Shown here: positions 1-11,709 of the stretch, piece by piece
Layout: every line of letters starts with the position of its first letter
Numbering within the stretch: the stretch's first letter is position 1
Assembly: GCA_963753595.1 (NCBI GenBank)
Contig: CAVWCX010000024.1
Span: 1-64,000, forward strand
DNA length: 64,000 nt
Direction of reading: 5' to 3'
From: Candidatus Methanoperedenaceae archaeon
Lineage (GTDB): Archaea; Halobacteriota; Methanosarcinia; Methanosarcinales; Methanoperedenaceae
Notes under the pieces: generated by a model
The model's input: the letters and a program-made list of their open reading frames with translations, nothing else
What the model was told of the DNA's origin: nothing
Database searches by the model: none
Program-made: the position numbers and the translations under genes

Positions 1-38
1 GGGGTCCTGCGACAGCACTGTCCGATTTTGCTTCCACT

Positions 39-1055
<1,017 letters not shown>

Positions 1056-1140
1056 TTATTTAAAAGCATATTGGTTTTGTTCTGCCTTCCGGGAATTTTG
1101 AAGCGTAATAGTTAAGTTTTGAAGATTGAATTATAATAAT

Positions 1141-1302
1141 ATGGACAAGTGGAAATGTACTCAATGTGATTATGTATACGATCCTGTTGTTGGAGATCCG
1201 GATTCGGGTATTGCGCCCGGGACAGCTTTTGAAGATATTCCTGATGACTGGGTATGCCCCTGGTGCGGCGCGGCAAAAGATAAATTTAAAAAAATCATGT
1301 GA
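1141..1302 (+). CDS. rub: Rubredoxin (53 aa; absent from the ORF track)
   Basis: Translated by hand: [53 protein letters not shown], with two CxxC motifs and the classic PDDWVCP. Confidence 0.93.
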   Translation: MDKWKCTQCDYVYDPVVGDPDSGIAPGTAFEDIPDDWVCPWCGAAKDKFKKIM

Positions 1303-1909
1303 TTTTTAAGAACAAAATAATAGTAACAAACATCATAATTCCCCATAACATTCGGTTGTAGCGCCAGACTTTCGCCCCATCAAGAGGTCCAAAAGGTATC
1401 ATATTAAAGCCTGCAAGGAATACGTTAATAAAAGCTGCGGTTCGAAGAACATTATACGCAATATCTGGTGCTGATACGAAATTTGAACTGATATAAAAAA
1501 TCGTTGCAAGAAACAGGTTTACTACAGCCCCGGAAACAGATATATATGCAAATTCTTTTTCAACCTGTTTTATATTTGGGTATTGTTCATAAGGACTGGA
1601 AAAAACTTTTTTTCCCCGGATCATCACAGCGCCAGGCGCTGCAAATACAAAATTCCCACCAGTGAAAACTGATAGCCCGATAGCCATTACCAATCCCATG
1701 GGGCTTGCCTCGTAATCTGCTGCATAGCCGTATCTCTGGGCTGTGAATTTGTGGGCAAGTTCATGGAGAAGAAAACCCGTACCAACACCAATGGCGGCTA
1801 TAGCTAATGCATCTAAACTTGTGCTGGGATAAGAAAACGCAATTGTAAGAACAAGCAATGAAGCCACAAGATGTACAATCTCCCGCAAACTGTTTCTGTC
1901 CATGTGCAT
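1295..1909 (-). CDS. Site-2 protease (peptidase M50) family membrane metalloprotease
   Basis: HELAH zinc motif, [10 protein letters not shown] motif, multiple TM segments. Confidence 0.88.
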   Translation of the reverse strand: MHMDRNSLREIVHLVASLLVLTIAFSYPSTSLDALAIAAIGVGTGFLLHELAHKFTAQRYGYAADYEASPMGLVMAIGLSVFTGGNFVFAAPGAVMIRGKKVFSSPYEQYPNIKQVEKEFAYISVSGAVVNLFLATIFYISSNFVSAPDIAYNVLRTAAFINVFLAGFNMIPFGPLDGAKVWRYNRMLWGIMMFVTIILFLKIT

Positions 1910-1933
1910 CCAGTTAGTTTAAAATTATATAAA

Positions 1934-2254
1934 TCATACCATACCGCATGCAAAGTTTGACAATAATTCATCGCTCTGTGGAGCTTTCACTCCATAAAGG
2001 CATTGCCGCGCATCCTTATAATAAAGGCGCTCTTCCAGTATCCCTTCTTTTTTGAGTATGTTCAGGGCATATCGCACAGTGCGGGGAGGGAGATAACTTT
2101 CAGCGACAAGTTCTTTCTGGGTCATAAGTCCCTTAAATTCCAGGACTTTGAAAACAAGCTTTACTGAAGGTGATAATTGCAATATTTTCCTTGTATAGAC
2201 GTTTTGCATTGCCGCAGTTTCAGAATAAGTATAACCATCTGTTATTTTTGCCAT
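1934..2254 (-). CDS. Winged-HTH (MarR/ArsR-like) transcriptional regulator
   Basis: LSPSVKLVFKVL...MTQKEL...LPPRTVRYAL...DARQCLY archaeal wHTH pattern. Confidence 0.8.
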   Translation of the reverse strand: MAKITDGYTYSETAAMQNVYTRKILQLSPSVKLVFKVLEFKGLMTQKELVAESYLPPRTVRYALNILKKEGILEERLYYKDARQCLYGVKAPQSDELLSNFACGMV

Positions 2255-2374
2255 ATTGAATATTTAATTTATGATATTATGTGATTTAAATCTTTAGGCA
2301 AAATATGCCTATATAAAAAAATAATGTTGGCTTAAAAGAAAAAACTGATAATTCGGATCTTTTGGATATCCGAA

Positions 2375-3235
2375 TTATACTATTGCTTTCAACAGGTCTT
2401 TATCTCGTACCATACCCAGTAGTTTTTTTGTGCTGGTGACGACTGGCAACTGATCAATTCTGTGGCGCCTCATTTTACGTGCGCATTCACTTACCGTCGA
2501 ACTTAACAATGCAGTTTCAGGTTCACCGGTTAACTTTATTATTTCTTTCACTGGTGAAACCGGAAGCTGGATCTTAGATACGCTATAATACAGGCTCATA
2601 GTGTCCCGCATTGATTCCCATGTCCATGCATCATCATCAGATCCTGCAGACATATTGGACATTTCGGTCTTATCATCAATTATGCTGGCACTTATAAGAT
2701 CCTTATCAGATGCTACCCCAACCAGCGTAAGTGTCGAATCCAATATCGGAACAGCTTTAACATCGGCAAGCTCCATGATCTCACCAACTACGCAAAGTGG
2801 TGTTTCGCTCCAGACCGAAACCACGCCATTTCCAATATGATCACTTATCGGGGAAGTGATATTCAGTCTTCCTATTGCTCCCACGATATCAGCTATGGTA
2901 ATAAGGCCGGTAAGGATACTATCCTCAACAACCGGCAAACGCCGAATATTATTATCCAGGATTATCCGTGCTGCATCCACGATTGATTTATCGGGTGTGA
3001 TCGTAATGGGATTTCTCGTCATCAGGAGCGCTATCTGTTCCTCTTCGGGATGTTTCAACAGATCAGTCCTTGTTACGATCCCTGCCAGTTCACTGCCTTT
3101 TACAATCGGAACTCCAGAAATATGCTTTGACTTTAAGATTTCAAGAACTTCATCCCTTGATCCGGGTAATTCAGCGCGGGCAACGTCCCTGACCATAACG
3201 TCATCAACTTTTATGCTGTGAGGCGTATTCGGCAT
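2375..3235 (-). CDS. CBS-domain protein (two CBS pairs)
   Basis: Repeated ISGVPIV / IRRLPVV / IDQLPVV CBS motifs. Confidence 0.9.
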   Translation of the reverse strand: MPNTPHSIKVDDVMVRDVARAELPGSRDEVLEILKSKHISGVPIVKGSELAGIVTRTDLLKHPEEEQIALLMTRNPITITPDKSIVDAARIILDNNIRRLPVVEDSILTGLITIADIVGAIGRLNITSPISDHIGNGVVSVWSETPLCVVGEIMELADVKAVPILDSTLTLVGVASDKDLISASIIDDKTEMSNMSAGSDDDAWTWESMRDTMSLYYSVSKIQLPVSPVKEIIKLTGEPETALLSSTVSECARKMRRHRIDQLPVVTSTKKLLGMVRDKDLLKAIV

Positions 3236-3253
3236 TTTTTGTCTCCTTTTTAG

Positions 3254-3700
3254 TTATTTTTTAGCGTGGACAACAAGCACCGGTATTTTTGAATTGCGAA
3301 CTACTTTCTCGGCAACGCTTCCCAGAAGGAACCTGTCAAGCCCGCTCTTTCCCAGGGTTCCCATTATTATAACGGAGATCGAGTTTTTTTCAGAATATTT
3401 TATTATTTCATCAGCAGGATGCCCTTCAATTAAATTACCTTCAACTTCCAATCCTTCGGTCCCTGCTCTTTGTGCCACATATTTTATGGCCTCGTCGCCT
3501 TCCTGTTTAAGAAGCCCGTACATGCTCTCCCAGGCAGCATCCATGGGTATTGAAGCAAACGCAGCCGTATCAACCACATAAATTGTAAACAGCTTCGCTC
3601 CCGTGTTCTTTGCAAGGTCAATACCGTAATCAACCGCATTTTTTGTATATTCCGAACCATCTGTTGCAATCAATATTTTTTCATACAATTTACTAGCCAT
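3254..3700 (-). CDS. Universal stress protein
   Basis: ILIATDGS N-terminus and GxxGxxGLDRFLLGSVAEKV motif. Confidence 0.93.
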   Translation of the reverse strand: MASKLYEKILIATDGSEYTKNAVDYGIDLAKNTGAKLFTIYVVDTAAFASIPMDAAWESMYGLLKQEGDEAIKYVAQRAGTEGLEVEGNLIEGHPADEIIKYSEKNSISVIIMGTLGKSGLDRFLLGSVAEKVVRNSKIPVLVVHAKK

Positions 3701-3718
3701 AATTTTCCTCCTTCAATT

Positions 3719-4762
3719 TTAAATTATTCTAATAATATCATCAGGTCTTGCCCGCCTTACTAAACCGCTCAATGGATTTCGTATTCCCTGCATATTATAG
3801 GATTTTTTAGTCAAGATCATCAGACTTGCTTTTTTCCCCGTTTTTATGGAGCCTGTTTCTTTATCCATACCTGATAGTTTTGCTCCATTTAGCGTGCACA
3901 GCTTAAATACTTGTCTATCATCATAAAGATTTGTTTTGACAAGAAATTCCATCTCAGAAAACATATTAACGGAATTAAGCATTACATTATCAGTGCCCAC
4001 AGCGACAAGAATCCCCGCATCAAGCATTTTCGAAATTGGGGGAATCCCCGACCTTGTGATATAATTCGAGCGTGGGCAGACCACAACAGGAATATTTGCC
4101 TCTGCAATATCCTTAATATTTTTTTCTCCAGCCGTTGTAAGATGTATAAGGAAATCCGGATGAAGTTCAATTGCGCTGGAAATATCTGTTTGATCCCTTT
4201 CACCCGCATGTATTGCAAATTTCTTTTTTTTCTCCCTCGTTTGTCTCACAATATCCCGGATGTATTCATGTTCCAGGTCGTTCGTGCTGCTAAGTCCTGT
4301 CCCATCGCAGGATTCAAGATAATTCATACCTTCATCCTCCGGCCGTCCCAAAATCAAAGCTTTAATATCCGGATCGATCCTGAGGGCATCATTAAGCGCC
4401 TGTATCCCTGTAGAACCACCTTCACGAAAGTCACAAAAAGCGCAGGTTCCTGTTTTTTTCATATCCTGGATGCTTGCTTTTATTGAAGAGACAAGATCGG
4501 AATAAGAGGTTTCCCTTAAAATCCTGTGTTTTAAGCCGCCAGGAGGCTGCACGAGTTCAGGAAGAGGTAAAAAAGGGGGATCTTTTAAAACCGAATCACC
4601 TATATGAGTATGCGCATTCACAAAGCGTGGAGCTATTATTATATCAGTGGCAATATTACTTTCTTCAATGTTTTTTATTATGCCATTTTCTATAGTAATA
4701 TAACCATCAATCGGTTCAAACTCATCGCCGTATATTATTGTGCCCTTTAGGGTTTGCTCCAT
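3719..4762 (-). CDS. Amidohydrolase family metal-dependent hydrolase
   Basis: NAHTH, HAGE and GTDN metal-binding motifs. Confidence 0.88.
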   Translation of the reverse strand: MEQTLKGTIIYGDEFEPIDGYITIENGIIKNIEESNIATDIIIAPRFVNAHTHIGDSVLKDPPFLPLPELVQPPGGLKHRILRETSYSDLVSSIKASIQDMKKTGTCAFCDFREGGSTGIQALNDALRIDPDIKALILGRPEDEGMNYLESCDGTGLSSTNDLEHEYIRDIVRQTREKKKKFAIHAGERDQTDISSAIELHPDFLIHLTTAGEKNIKDIAEANIPVVVCPRSNYITRSGIPPISKMLDAGILVAVGTDNVMLNSVNMFSEMEFLVKTNLYDDRQVFKLCTLNGAKLSGMDKETGSIKTGKKASLMILTKKSYNMQGIRNPLSGLVRRARPDDIIRII

Positions 4763-4768
4763 GCTTTG

Positions 4769-6052
4769 TTATTTTTTCTTATAGTACATTCCAAAGACTG
4801 CTAATATCAGTAAGACAGAAACCGGAAATCCAAATCCCGGAGACCCTTTTGTTTGTGAAGGCTTAACAGTTGCAGCAGCCGGACTGGCCGTTGGTGCCAC
4901 TGTTGGCATAACTGTTGTTTCCTTAATAGCAGGTGTTGAGGTTGTTCCTGAAGAATACGCATACAATAGCCCGCTATGCGTTACTGCGAACAGCATATTG
5001 CCCGATATGGCAGGAGAAGTTATGTAATCCTTTTCATTATTCCCGGTTGAATTTTCCCAGAGCTTTTTTCCTGTATTGGCATCAAGTGCATATATCAAAT
5101 TATTTTTTATCCCAAAATATACAATATCATTTGAAATTGCCGGTCCGCTAAGAACAGAACCGGAATTGGGAAAATTCCAAATGACTTTTCCAGTTAATGC
5201 ATCAAGCGCAAAGAAATTTGAATCTGTTGAGCCAAAATAAACCACACCATTTTTCACGGATGGTGAAGACTCAACATTATTTTTCGTGGAAAATTTCCAT
5301 TTTAGTGTCCCTTTTTCGGTTGTAATTGCATAGACTGATCCGTCATTTGATCCCACAAATATTGTTCCGTCCGCTATGACAGGTGAAGACTTGATTTCAA
5401 GCTCTCCTGTATCATAACGCCATTTTTCTTTTCCTGTTGAAGCATCAAGCGCCACTATGTCTCCGCCATCAGTTCCAAATGCTATAATTCCTTCCCCGAC
5501 AGCCGGTGAGGATTCAGCCACTTTTCCAATAAGTGTGTGCCATATAATTTTACCATTACTGAGATCAAATGCATAAAAGGAACCATCGTTTGGCATTGCA
5601 TAAACCATGTTGTTAGCAATCGCAGCCGAAGCGGTATATCCATCCATGGCTGTATCATTTACCCATAGAAGGGTTCCATTTATTGCGTTTAAAGCATAGA
5701 ACTTGCGGTCATCTGCGCCAAAATACACAGCATCGTTTGAAACCGCCGGAACTGAATTCACAAATCCATTTGTGTGATATGCCCAGAGTTGCTGTCCAGT
5801 TCTTACATCCAGCGCATGGATACCAAAAGTTGTTCCGATATAAAGAACATCATTAACTATTACAGGGGACGAGTCGGTTTCAAATCCAAGAGCTTTTGTC
5901 CATTTTAACGTGAGCGGCGGATTAACCGCATCAGCTGTATAGCCGGAATGTGAAGGATCATTTTTAAACATGCTCCAATCGGCAGCAAATACCGGGACAA
6001 TTAGCATTGATACAAATACAAGACTTATTATTATCATCCTATCATTTTTCAT
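4769..6052 (-). CDS. Secreted PQQ-like beta-propeller cell-surface protein with PGF-CTERM sorting signal
   Basis: Signal peptide, repeated SSPAV/YALDAxTGxxxW blades, Thr/Pro linker, PGF + TM + KKK C-terminus. Confidence 0.9.
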   Translation of the reverse strand: MKNDRMIIISLVFVSMLIVPVFAADWSMFKNDPSHSGYTADAVNPPLTLKWTKALGFETDSSPVIVNDVLYIGTTFGIHALDVRTGQQLWAYHTNGFVNSVPAVSNDAVYFGADDRKFYALNAINGTLLWVNDTAMDGYTASAAIANNMVYAMPNDGSFYAFDLSNGKIIWHTLIGKVAESSPAVGEGIIAFGTDGGDIVALDASTGKEKWRYDTGELEIKSSPVIADGTIFVGSNDGSVYAITTEKGTLKWKFSTKNNVESSPSVKNGVVYFGSTDSNFFALDALTGKVIWNFPNSGSVLSGPAISNDIVYFGIKNNLIYALDANTGKKLWENSTGNNEKDYITSPAISGNMLFAVTHSGLLYAYSSGTTSTPAIKETTVMPTVAPTASPAAATVKPSQTKGSPGFGFPVSVLLILAVFGMYYKKK

Positions 6053-6124
6053 ATCATATCTCCCACATGAATATTTTACAATTATTTCTTTTTTTATAAT
6101 TATTTCATTTTGTATTTTTAAATG

Positions 6125-7138
6125 TTAGTGTTTTAATTTATGCCGAGCAAGAGTATGTGAAGGATCCAATTCCATTACTTTCCTGAAGCAATTCTGTGCA
6201 TCAGCTTCACCCACAAGTTCCTTTGTTATAAGTCCTTTCTCATACCATGCATTAGCGCTATCGGGATTTAGTTCTATTGACTTATCAAATGCCTTGAGTG
6301 CTTCATTAGCCTTTCCAAGTTTATTGAGAATAACACCTTTTTCAAACCATAACACTGGATCCTTCGGATTTAATTCAAGTGCTTTTCCATATGCGGTCAA
6401 AGCTGTTTCAAATGCTTTCATTGCATCATATTTCCGGTCTATTGAACCAAAGTCGTTGCCTTTTAATCCCCATACTTTTCCCTTACCATACCATGCATTC
6501 CAGTTAGACGGTTCGATCTTAATAGATTTTTCAAGCAAGTCAAAGCTCTCAGCGTATTGTCTTCTCGTTCCCAGGATCAATCCTTTCCGGGCAAGGGCCC
6601 CTGCATGGCCTGGAGCGATCCCCAGCACCTTCTCATATGATAATAATGCATCGGCTTCTTTTCCAAGACCTGATAGTATTAATCCTTTTTCAAACCACAT
6701 TTTATCGTTATTTGTATCTTTCTCAAGAAGTATGTCGTATATTTTTAATACTTCGGAATCTTTTTTCAATTCTTTCAATATCATTGCCTTTTCATTAAGC
6801 AATTTCATATTTCCCGGTTCGGCTCCCAGGACTTTGTCATAGGCACCAAGTGCCTCTTCCAGTCTTCCAAGGTTTACGAGTATGAATCCCAGTTCATGCC
6901 ATGCTTTAATGTTTTTCGGGTCAAGTTCCAGGATGGTCTTATAAGCATCAAGAGCAGGCAGGTATTGTTCAAGTGTAAGATGGATAGATGCTTTGTCATA
7001 CCATGCTTTAAGATTCTTTGGTTCGATATTAAGGATGTTCGCATAAGATTCGAGAGCCCGGTCGTATTTTCCGGCATTCTTATAATCCTGTGCTTCCTGC
7101 ATTAAATCTTTTTTCTTGAAAAAACCGCTTAATTTCAT
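6125..7138 (-). CDS. Tetratricopeptide repeat protein
   Basis: Tandem AWYxKG...A...YDKAL...P TPR repeats. Confidence 0.9.
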   Translation of the reverse strand: MKLSGFFKKKDLMQEAQDYKNAGKYDRALESYANILNIEPKNLKAWYDKASIHLTLEQYLPALDAYKTILELDPKNIKAWHELGFILVNLGRLEEALGAYDKVLGAEPGNMKLLNEKAMILKELKKDSEVLKIYDILLEKDTNNDKMWFEKGLILSGLGKEADALLSYEKVLGIAPGHAGALARKGLILGTRRQYAESFDLLEKSIKIEPSNWNAWYGKGKVWGLKGNDFGSIDRKYDAMKAFETALTAYGKALELNPKDPVLWFEKGVILNKLGKANEALKAFDKSIELNPDSANAWYEKGLITKELVGEADAQNCFRKVMELDPSHTLARHKLKH

Positions 7139-7355
7139 ATATTGTTTACCTCAGTCTAAATCAATATTATTTATGTTTTAGAGTATTTATACAGTATATA
7201 CCTTTCTATAGCTGCATTGTGATAATCTATTAAAATCTGATATAATTGAAATGTTGTTTTGCCTGGATTACCAATAAGAATATATAGACGTTCAAACATT
7301 ACGAAATCAGCGATATTAATAATCATTAATTGCCGAATGTTTTGGAGGATCTTAA

Positions 7356-9065
7356 ATGCTCAAAGTTAATAATCTGGTGAAAGACTATGTGATCGATTCT
7401 GACCCGATCAGAGTGCTTGATGGTGTAAGTTTCGAGGTTAAAGAGGGAGAAATACTGGGTATAATAGGAAGAAGCGGGGGCGGGAAATCCACAGTATTGA
7501 AAGTATTGCGCGGAATGGAACCATTTGTCAGCGGCAGTTTCGAGCTTGACGGGTTCACTGTAAGACCTGATGCTTCCATAGAGGATATCAAGAAACTCCA
7601 GAAAATGGCGGCGATACACCTCCAGAGAAATTTCGGGCTATGGTCAGGGGCTACTTATGAAAACGTATTGCGCCGCGTATATGCAGAAAAATTCGGATAT
7701 GAGTCGCTTCCGGACAGGGATTCCCCGTATTATCAAGAATGTTATGACACAAGTCTTGAGTACTTAAAACTGGTAAATCTTGACTCCAAGGCAGAACATT
7801 TCTCATCGGTATTGAGCGGTGGAGAAAAACAAAGGTTGTTAATAGCCAGGCAATTGGCATCAAAACCCAAACTTCTTCTCCTTGATGAACCGGCCACAAT
7901 GACCTGCCCTGCTACAAAACAGGGAGTTCTCGATACAATAAAGAACGTCAATGAAAAATTAAAAGTAAAGACAATTGTTGTATCCCATCTGCCTGAAATC
8001 CATTCATATCTTGCAGACCGCGTGTTATGGCTTGATAATGGGAAGATAATAGATGAAGGCGAACCTGAGGAAATATTGAAAAAATTCCTTAAGAATATGA
8101 AACCAGCTATCCCAATGCCAGTTCGAACCTCAGATAAGACCGTGATCAAAGTAAACAACCTTTCAAAGAGATACTGGCTTATCAGGCAGGGAGAAGTGCT
8201 TGACCTTGATAAGATCAATCTTGAATTCAAGCAGGGTGAGATAGTAGGACTTATCGGGCCAAGCGGTGCCGGAAAGACAACTTTGCTTCATGCCATGGAC
8301 GGGCTTATTTATCCTGATGATGGGGATATTGAATTCCGTGTTGATGATGACTGGGTTGAAATGTCAACATATTCTCCAAAAAGAATGGAAGTCAGGAGGA
8401 TCACAAGCATAATGTACCAGGAATTTGCTCTTACACCACATTCCACAATTAAGCAGCAGCTTGCATTCAGGCTGGGCGTAAAGGGACAAAATGTAGTTGA
8501 AGAAGCAAGAAAACGGGCAAAAGAGCTTGGTATATCAGATGTGAACCTGGATGAAATGTATAAGATGACTGATATGCCCGAGGAAAATGGAAAAGAGAAG
8601 CTTGCAAAGATGGGCTATACTCCTGCGATCCTTGGCGTACTTTTCCCCAGCTATCCGCTTACGGAAGTTTTAAACTTTGCCAAACCAGTATTTGATGCTG
8701 TGGATCTACCCATTGAAGTTCTTGACGTAAAGCCATACCAGATAAGCGGCGGTGAAAATGTAAGGGCAGCTCTTGCTCTTGCTCTTTCTACAAAGCCATC
8801 CATCCTGCTTCTTGATGAACCGTTTGGCGACCTTGATCCCATAACATTGAGGGATGTGGCAAATGCTCTTAAGAATGTCAATAAGACTTTCAATACTACT
8901 ATAATATTCATAAGTCACCATATTGATTTCATAAGGGAAGTCGCACAAAGGGCGGTATTGATAGATAAGGGACATATTGTCATGGACGGAGAACCCGGAA
9001 AAGTATGTGATGCGTTCATAAAAGCAAGCAATGCAAAATACCTTGACAGCTGTCTTGGGGATTAA
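7356..9065 (+). CDS. Duplicated ABC ATPase, methyl-CoM reductase system component A2 (AtwA)-like
   Basis: Two Walker A motifs (GRSGGGKS, GPSGAGKT), LSGGEKQR/ISGGE signatures, no TM segments; AtwA-like architecture, could be a paralog. Confidence 0.8.
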   Translation: MLKVNNLVKDYVIDSDPIRVLDGVSFEVKEGEILGIIGRSGGGKSTVLKVLRGMEPFVSGSFELDGFTVRPDASIEDIKKLQKMAAIHLQRNFGLWSGATYENVLRRVYAEKFGYESLPDRDSPYYQECYDTSLEYLKLVNLDSKAEHFSSVLSGGEKQRLLIARQLASKPKLLLLDEPATMTCPATKQGVLDTIKNVNEKLKVKTIVVSHLPEIHSYLADRVLWLDNGKIIDEGEPEEILKKFLKNMKPAIPMPVRTSDKTVIKVNNLSKRYWLIRQGEVLDLDKINLEFKQGEIVGLIGPSGAGKTTLLHAMDGLIYPDDGDIEFRVDDDWVEMSTYSPKRMEVRRITSIMYQEFALTPHSTIKQQLAFRLGVKGQNVVEEARKRAKELGISDVNLDEMYKMTDMPEENGKEKLAKMGYTPAILGVLFPSYPLTEVLNFAKPVFDAVDLPIEVLDVKPYQISGGENVRAALALALSTKPSILLLDEPFGDLDPITLRDVANALKNVNKTFNTTIIFISHHIDFIREVAQRAVLIDKGHIVMDGEPGKVCDAFIKASNAKYLDSCLGD

Positions 9066-9157
9066 TCAAAATAATCTTATTTAGAAGGTCAGGTATTCCT
9101 CATCATTTAGCTGCAAAAGGGATAACTATTTGTTGAGGGATAGCATTTTTTATTAAA

Positions 9158-10063
9158 ATGACACGATCATCAGGAAAAATCTTACAATTTATTATTGTTG
9201 TTTTTATATTATTGTTCATAATAGCTGGCAGCTTCTACCTTATCATGGGGGGCAAAGACTTCGGGATCGCAAAAAATCGTGTAGAAGTAATTTATGTCCA
9301 GGGAATAATGCTGACAGGGAGTATTCCCACTGGATTTGGGGTAGCAACATCTGAGGATATTGTAAAAAGCCTGACTGATGCGAACGATGATGAAGCCGTT
9401 AAAGCCATAGTTATGCGGATAAACAGCCCCGGAGGTTCTCCCGCATCGGCAGAAGAAATAGTGGGCGCGATGAAAAAAATCGATAAGCCAATTGTTATCT
9501 CAATGGGTGATGTAGCGGCAAGCGCTGCTTATTACATAAGCGCTCCTGCGGATAAGATAATTGCTAATCCTGATACAATGACAGGAAGCATAGGCGTTAT
9601 ATGGGAATTCCAGAACAGGTCTGGATTTTATGATAAGGAAGGAACATCATTTTATATTGCAAAATCAGGGGAATTAAAGGACATGGGCGGTGACTGGAAA
9701 GGATTATCCGATGAGGAAAAACAATACGCAGACCAGGTGATCAGCGAAGCTTACAGCCGTTTTGTCAAAGAAGTGGCCGATGACAGGAATCTCTCATTGG
9801 GCAAAGTCAAGGATCTTGCGGACGGCAGGATATATACAGGAGCAAAAGCAAAAGAACTGGGTCTTGTGGATGAGCTTGGAAGCCTTGATGATGCTATTGA
9901 AATTGCCGCAAGACTTGGAGGTATTGCGGGAAAACCCGATGTGGGATATTCAAACAGGCCATCTCTCTCACGCTTATTGTTCGGCAGCGAAAAAACCGAT
10001 GTTTCGGCATTTACCAGTTATTTTTTTGAAAGCAGGTTCGGGCAGCTTTTATCGATTTATTAA
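9158..10063 (+). CDS. sppA: Signal peptide peptidase SppA (S49)
   Basis: INSPGG, AASAAYYI and TGSIGV motifs; N-terminal TM anchor. Confidence 0.92.
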   Translation: MTRSSGKILQFIIVVFILLFIIAGSFYLIMGGKDFGIAKNRVEVIYVQGIMLTGSIPTGFGVATSEDIVKSLTDANDDEAVKAIVMRINSPGGSPASAEEIVGAMKKIDKPIVISMGDVAASAAYYISAPADKIIANPDTMTGSIGVIWEFQNRSGFYDKEGTSFYIAKSGELKDMGGDWKGLSDEEKQYADQVISEAYSRFVKEVADDRNLSLGKVKDLADGRIYTGAKAKELGLVDELGSLDDAIEIAARLGGIAGKPDVGYSNRPSLSRLLFGSEKTDVSAFTSYFFESRFGQLLSIY

Positions 10064-10203
10064 TGTCTAAATGAGGTTATTCACCTGCCTGGAAAATTAA
10101 ATCCTGATCAATAAACCAGAACCGATAACCGCAAGTGTTATTTACCTTAACATAGATACTGAAAGTTTAATATTTTTTCGAATTGAGGGAAATTTAAGAA
10201 ACA

Positions 10204-11652
10204 ATGAAAAAGAAATTCAACAATAAAATACTTATTATCGGCTATGGCTCAGTTTCGCAATGCACCCTGCCTGTTTTACTGGCTAAGATCGATGTTCCGT
10301 TAAAAAACATTACCATAATTGATTTTGAGGACAAATCAAAATCCCTGACCAAATTTACAGACCAGGGATTAACATATGTTTGTGAAAAAATTACCCCGGA
10401 AAATTTAAACCAGGTATTGTCAAAATATGTGGATACTGGGGGTTTGCTCGTTGATCTTGCGTGGAATATCGGAGCTAATGATATTATTAAGTGGTGCCAT
10501 GATCACAATGTATTGTACGTAAATACTTCTGTTGAACTATGGAATCCCGTTGAGGGAATTTATACGAAAAGTCTGTTTGAAAAATCCCTGTATTGGCGGC
10601 AAATGCAGTTGCTGGAACTTTCCCGTGATTGGAAGGATGCGCCGACCGCTGTCGTTGACCATGGCGCTAATCCAGGTCTTATTTCTCACTTCGTCAAGCA
10701 AGGCCTGCTGGATATTGCAGCACGCATCAAGGCAGATAAGAAAGTTTCTTTGCAGGACGAGGAAGAGATCTGCAAATATGCAAAAAACAGGGATTTTCCC
10801 AGGCTCGCACGAAAATTAGGAATTAAAGTGATCCATTGCAGCGAACGGGATACGCAAATTACCAACCGTCCAAAGAAAGTTAACGAATTTGTAGGTACCT
10901 GGAGCATTGAAGGGTTATGGGAAGAAGGGACGGCACCGGCTGAATTGGGTTGGGGCACGCACGAGCAGAAATTGCCCCCTCTTGCAAATATTCCACCTGA
11001 CGGGCCAAAAAACCAGATATTTTTGCCTCAAATGGGCATTAATACATGGGTCAAATCATGGATACCGGATGAAGAAATTATCGGCATGATGATCCGTCAT
11101 GGTGAAGCATTCGGCCTCTCAGACCGGTTAACCGTCTGGGAAAATGGAAAGGCTGTCTACCGGCCTACTGTAAATTATGCTTATATGCCATGTCATGATA
11201 CGCTTTCTTCACTTCATGAATTGCGCGGCCGGAATTACGAACTCCAGCCCAGGATCAGGATCTTAAAAGATGAGATCATATCTGGAGAAGACACTCTCGG
11301 AGCGCTCTTGATGGGGCATGTTTATAATTCCTGGTGGACGGGCAGCTCTCTGGACATTGAAGAAGCAAGAGTTCTTGCTCCCGGCCAAAACGCTACTACC
11401 CTTCAGGTTGCTGCCGGTATTGTTTCTGCTATACTCTGGATGCTTGAAAATCCGCGGGAAGGCATTAAATTGCCAGACGACCTGCCTCATGATTTTATTC
11501 TCGATATTGCCAAACCGTATCTTGGTAAATTTATTTCAACCCCGTCGGATTGGACGCCTCTTAAAAACCGCAAAATATTTTTTAAAGAAAATCCGGCATC
11601 TAAATATAATCCCGACCCCTGGCAGCTTGAAAATTTCCTCTTTATAGATTAA
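10204..11652 (+). CDS. hss: Homospermidine synthase
   Basis: GYGSV Rossmann fold, HGANPGLISHF, SERDTQ, WSIEG, RHGE, RPTVNYAY and QNATTLQVA motifs. Confidence 0.88.
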   Translation: MKKKFNNKILIIGYGSVSQCTLPVLLAKIDVPLKNITIIDFEDKSKSLTKFTDQGLTYVCEKITPENLNQVLSKYVDTGGLLVDLAWNIGANDIIKWCHDHNVLYVNTSVELWNPVEGIYTKSLFEKSLYWRQMQLLELSRDWKDAPTAVVDHGANPGLISHFVKQGLLDIAARIKADKKVSLQDEEEICKYAKNRDFPRLARKLGIKVIHCSERDTQITNRPKKVNEFVGTWSIEGLWEEGTAPAELGWGTHEQKLPPLANIPPDGPKNQIFLPQMGINTWVKSWIPDEEIIGMMIRHGEAFGLSDRLTVWENGKAVYRPTVNYAYMPCHDTLSSLHELRGRNYELQPRIRILKDEIISGEDTLGALLMGHVYNSWWTGSSLDIEEARVLAPGQNATTLQVAAGIVSAILWMLENPREGIKLPDDLPHDFILDIAKPYLGKFISTPSDWTPLKNRKIFFKENPASKYNPDPWQLENFLFID

Positions 11653-11709
11653 TGATCACCAATATCAAGAATTAATAATATCACATACAATTTAATATCA
11701 AATACAATT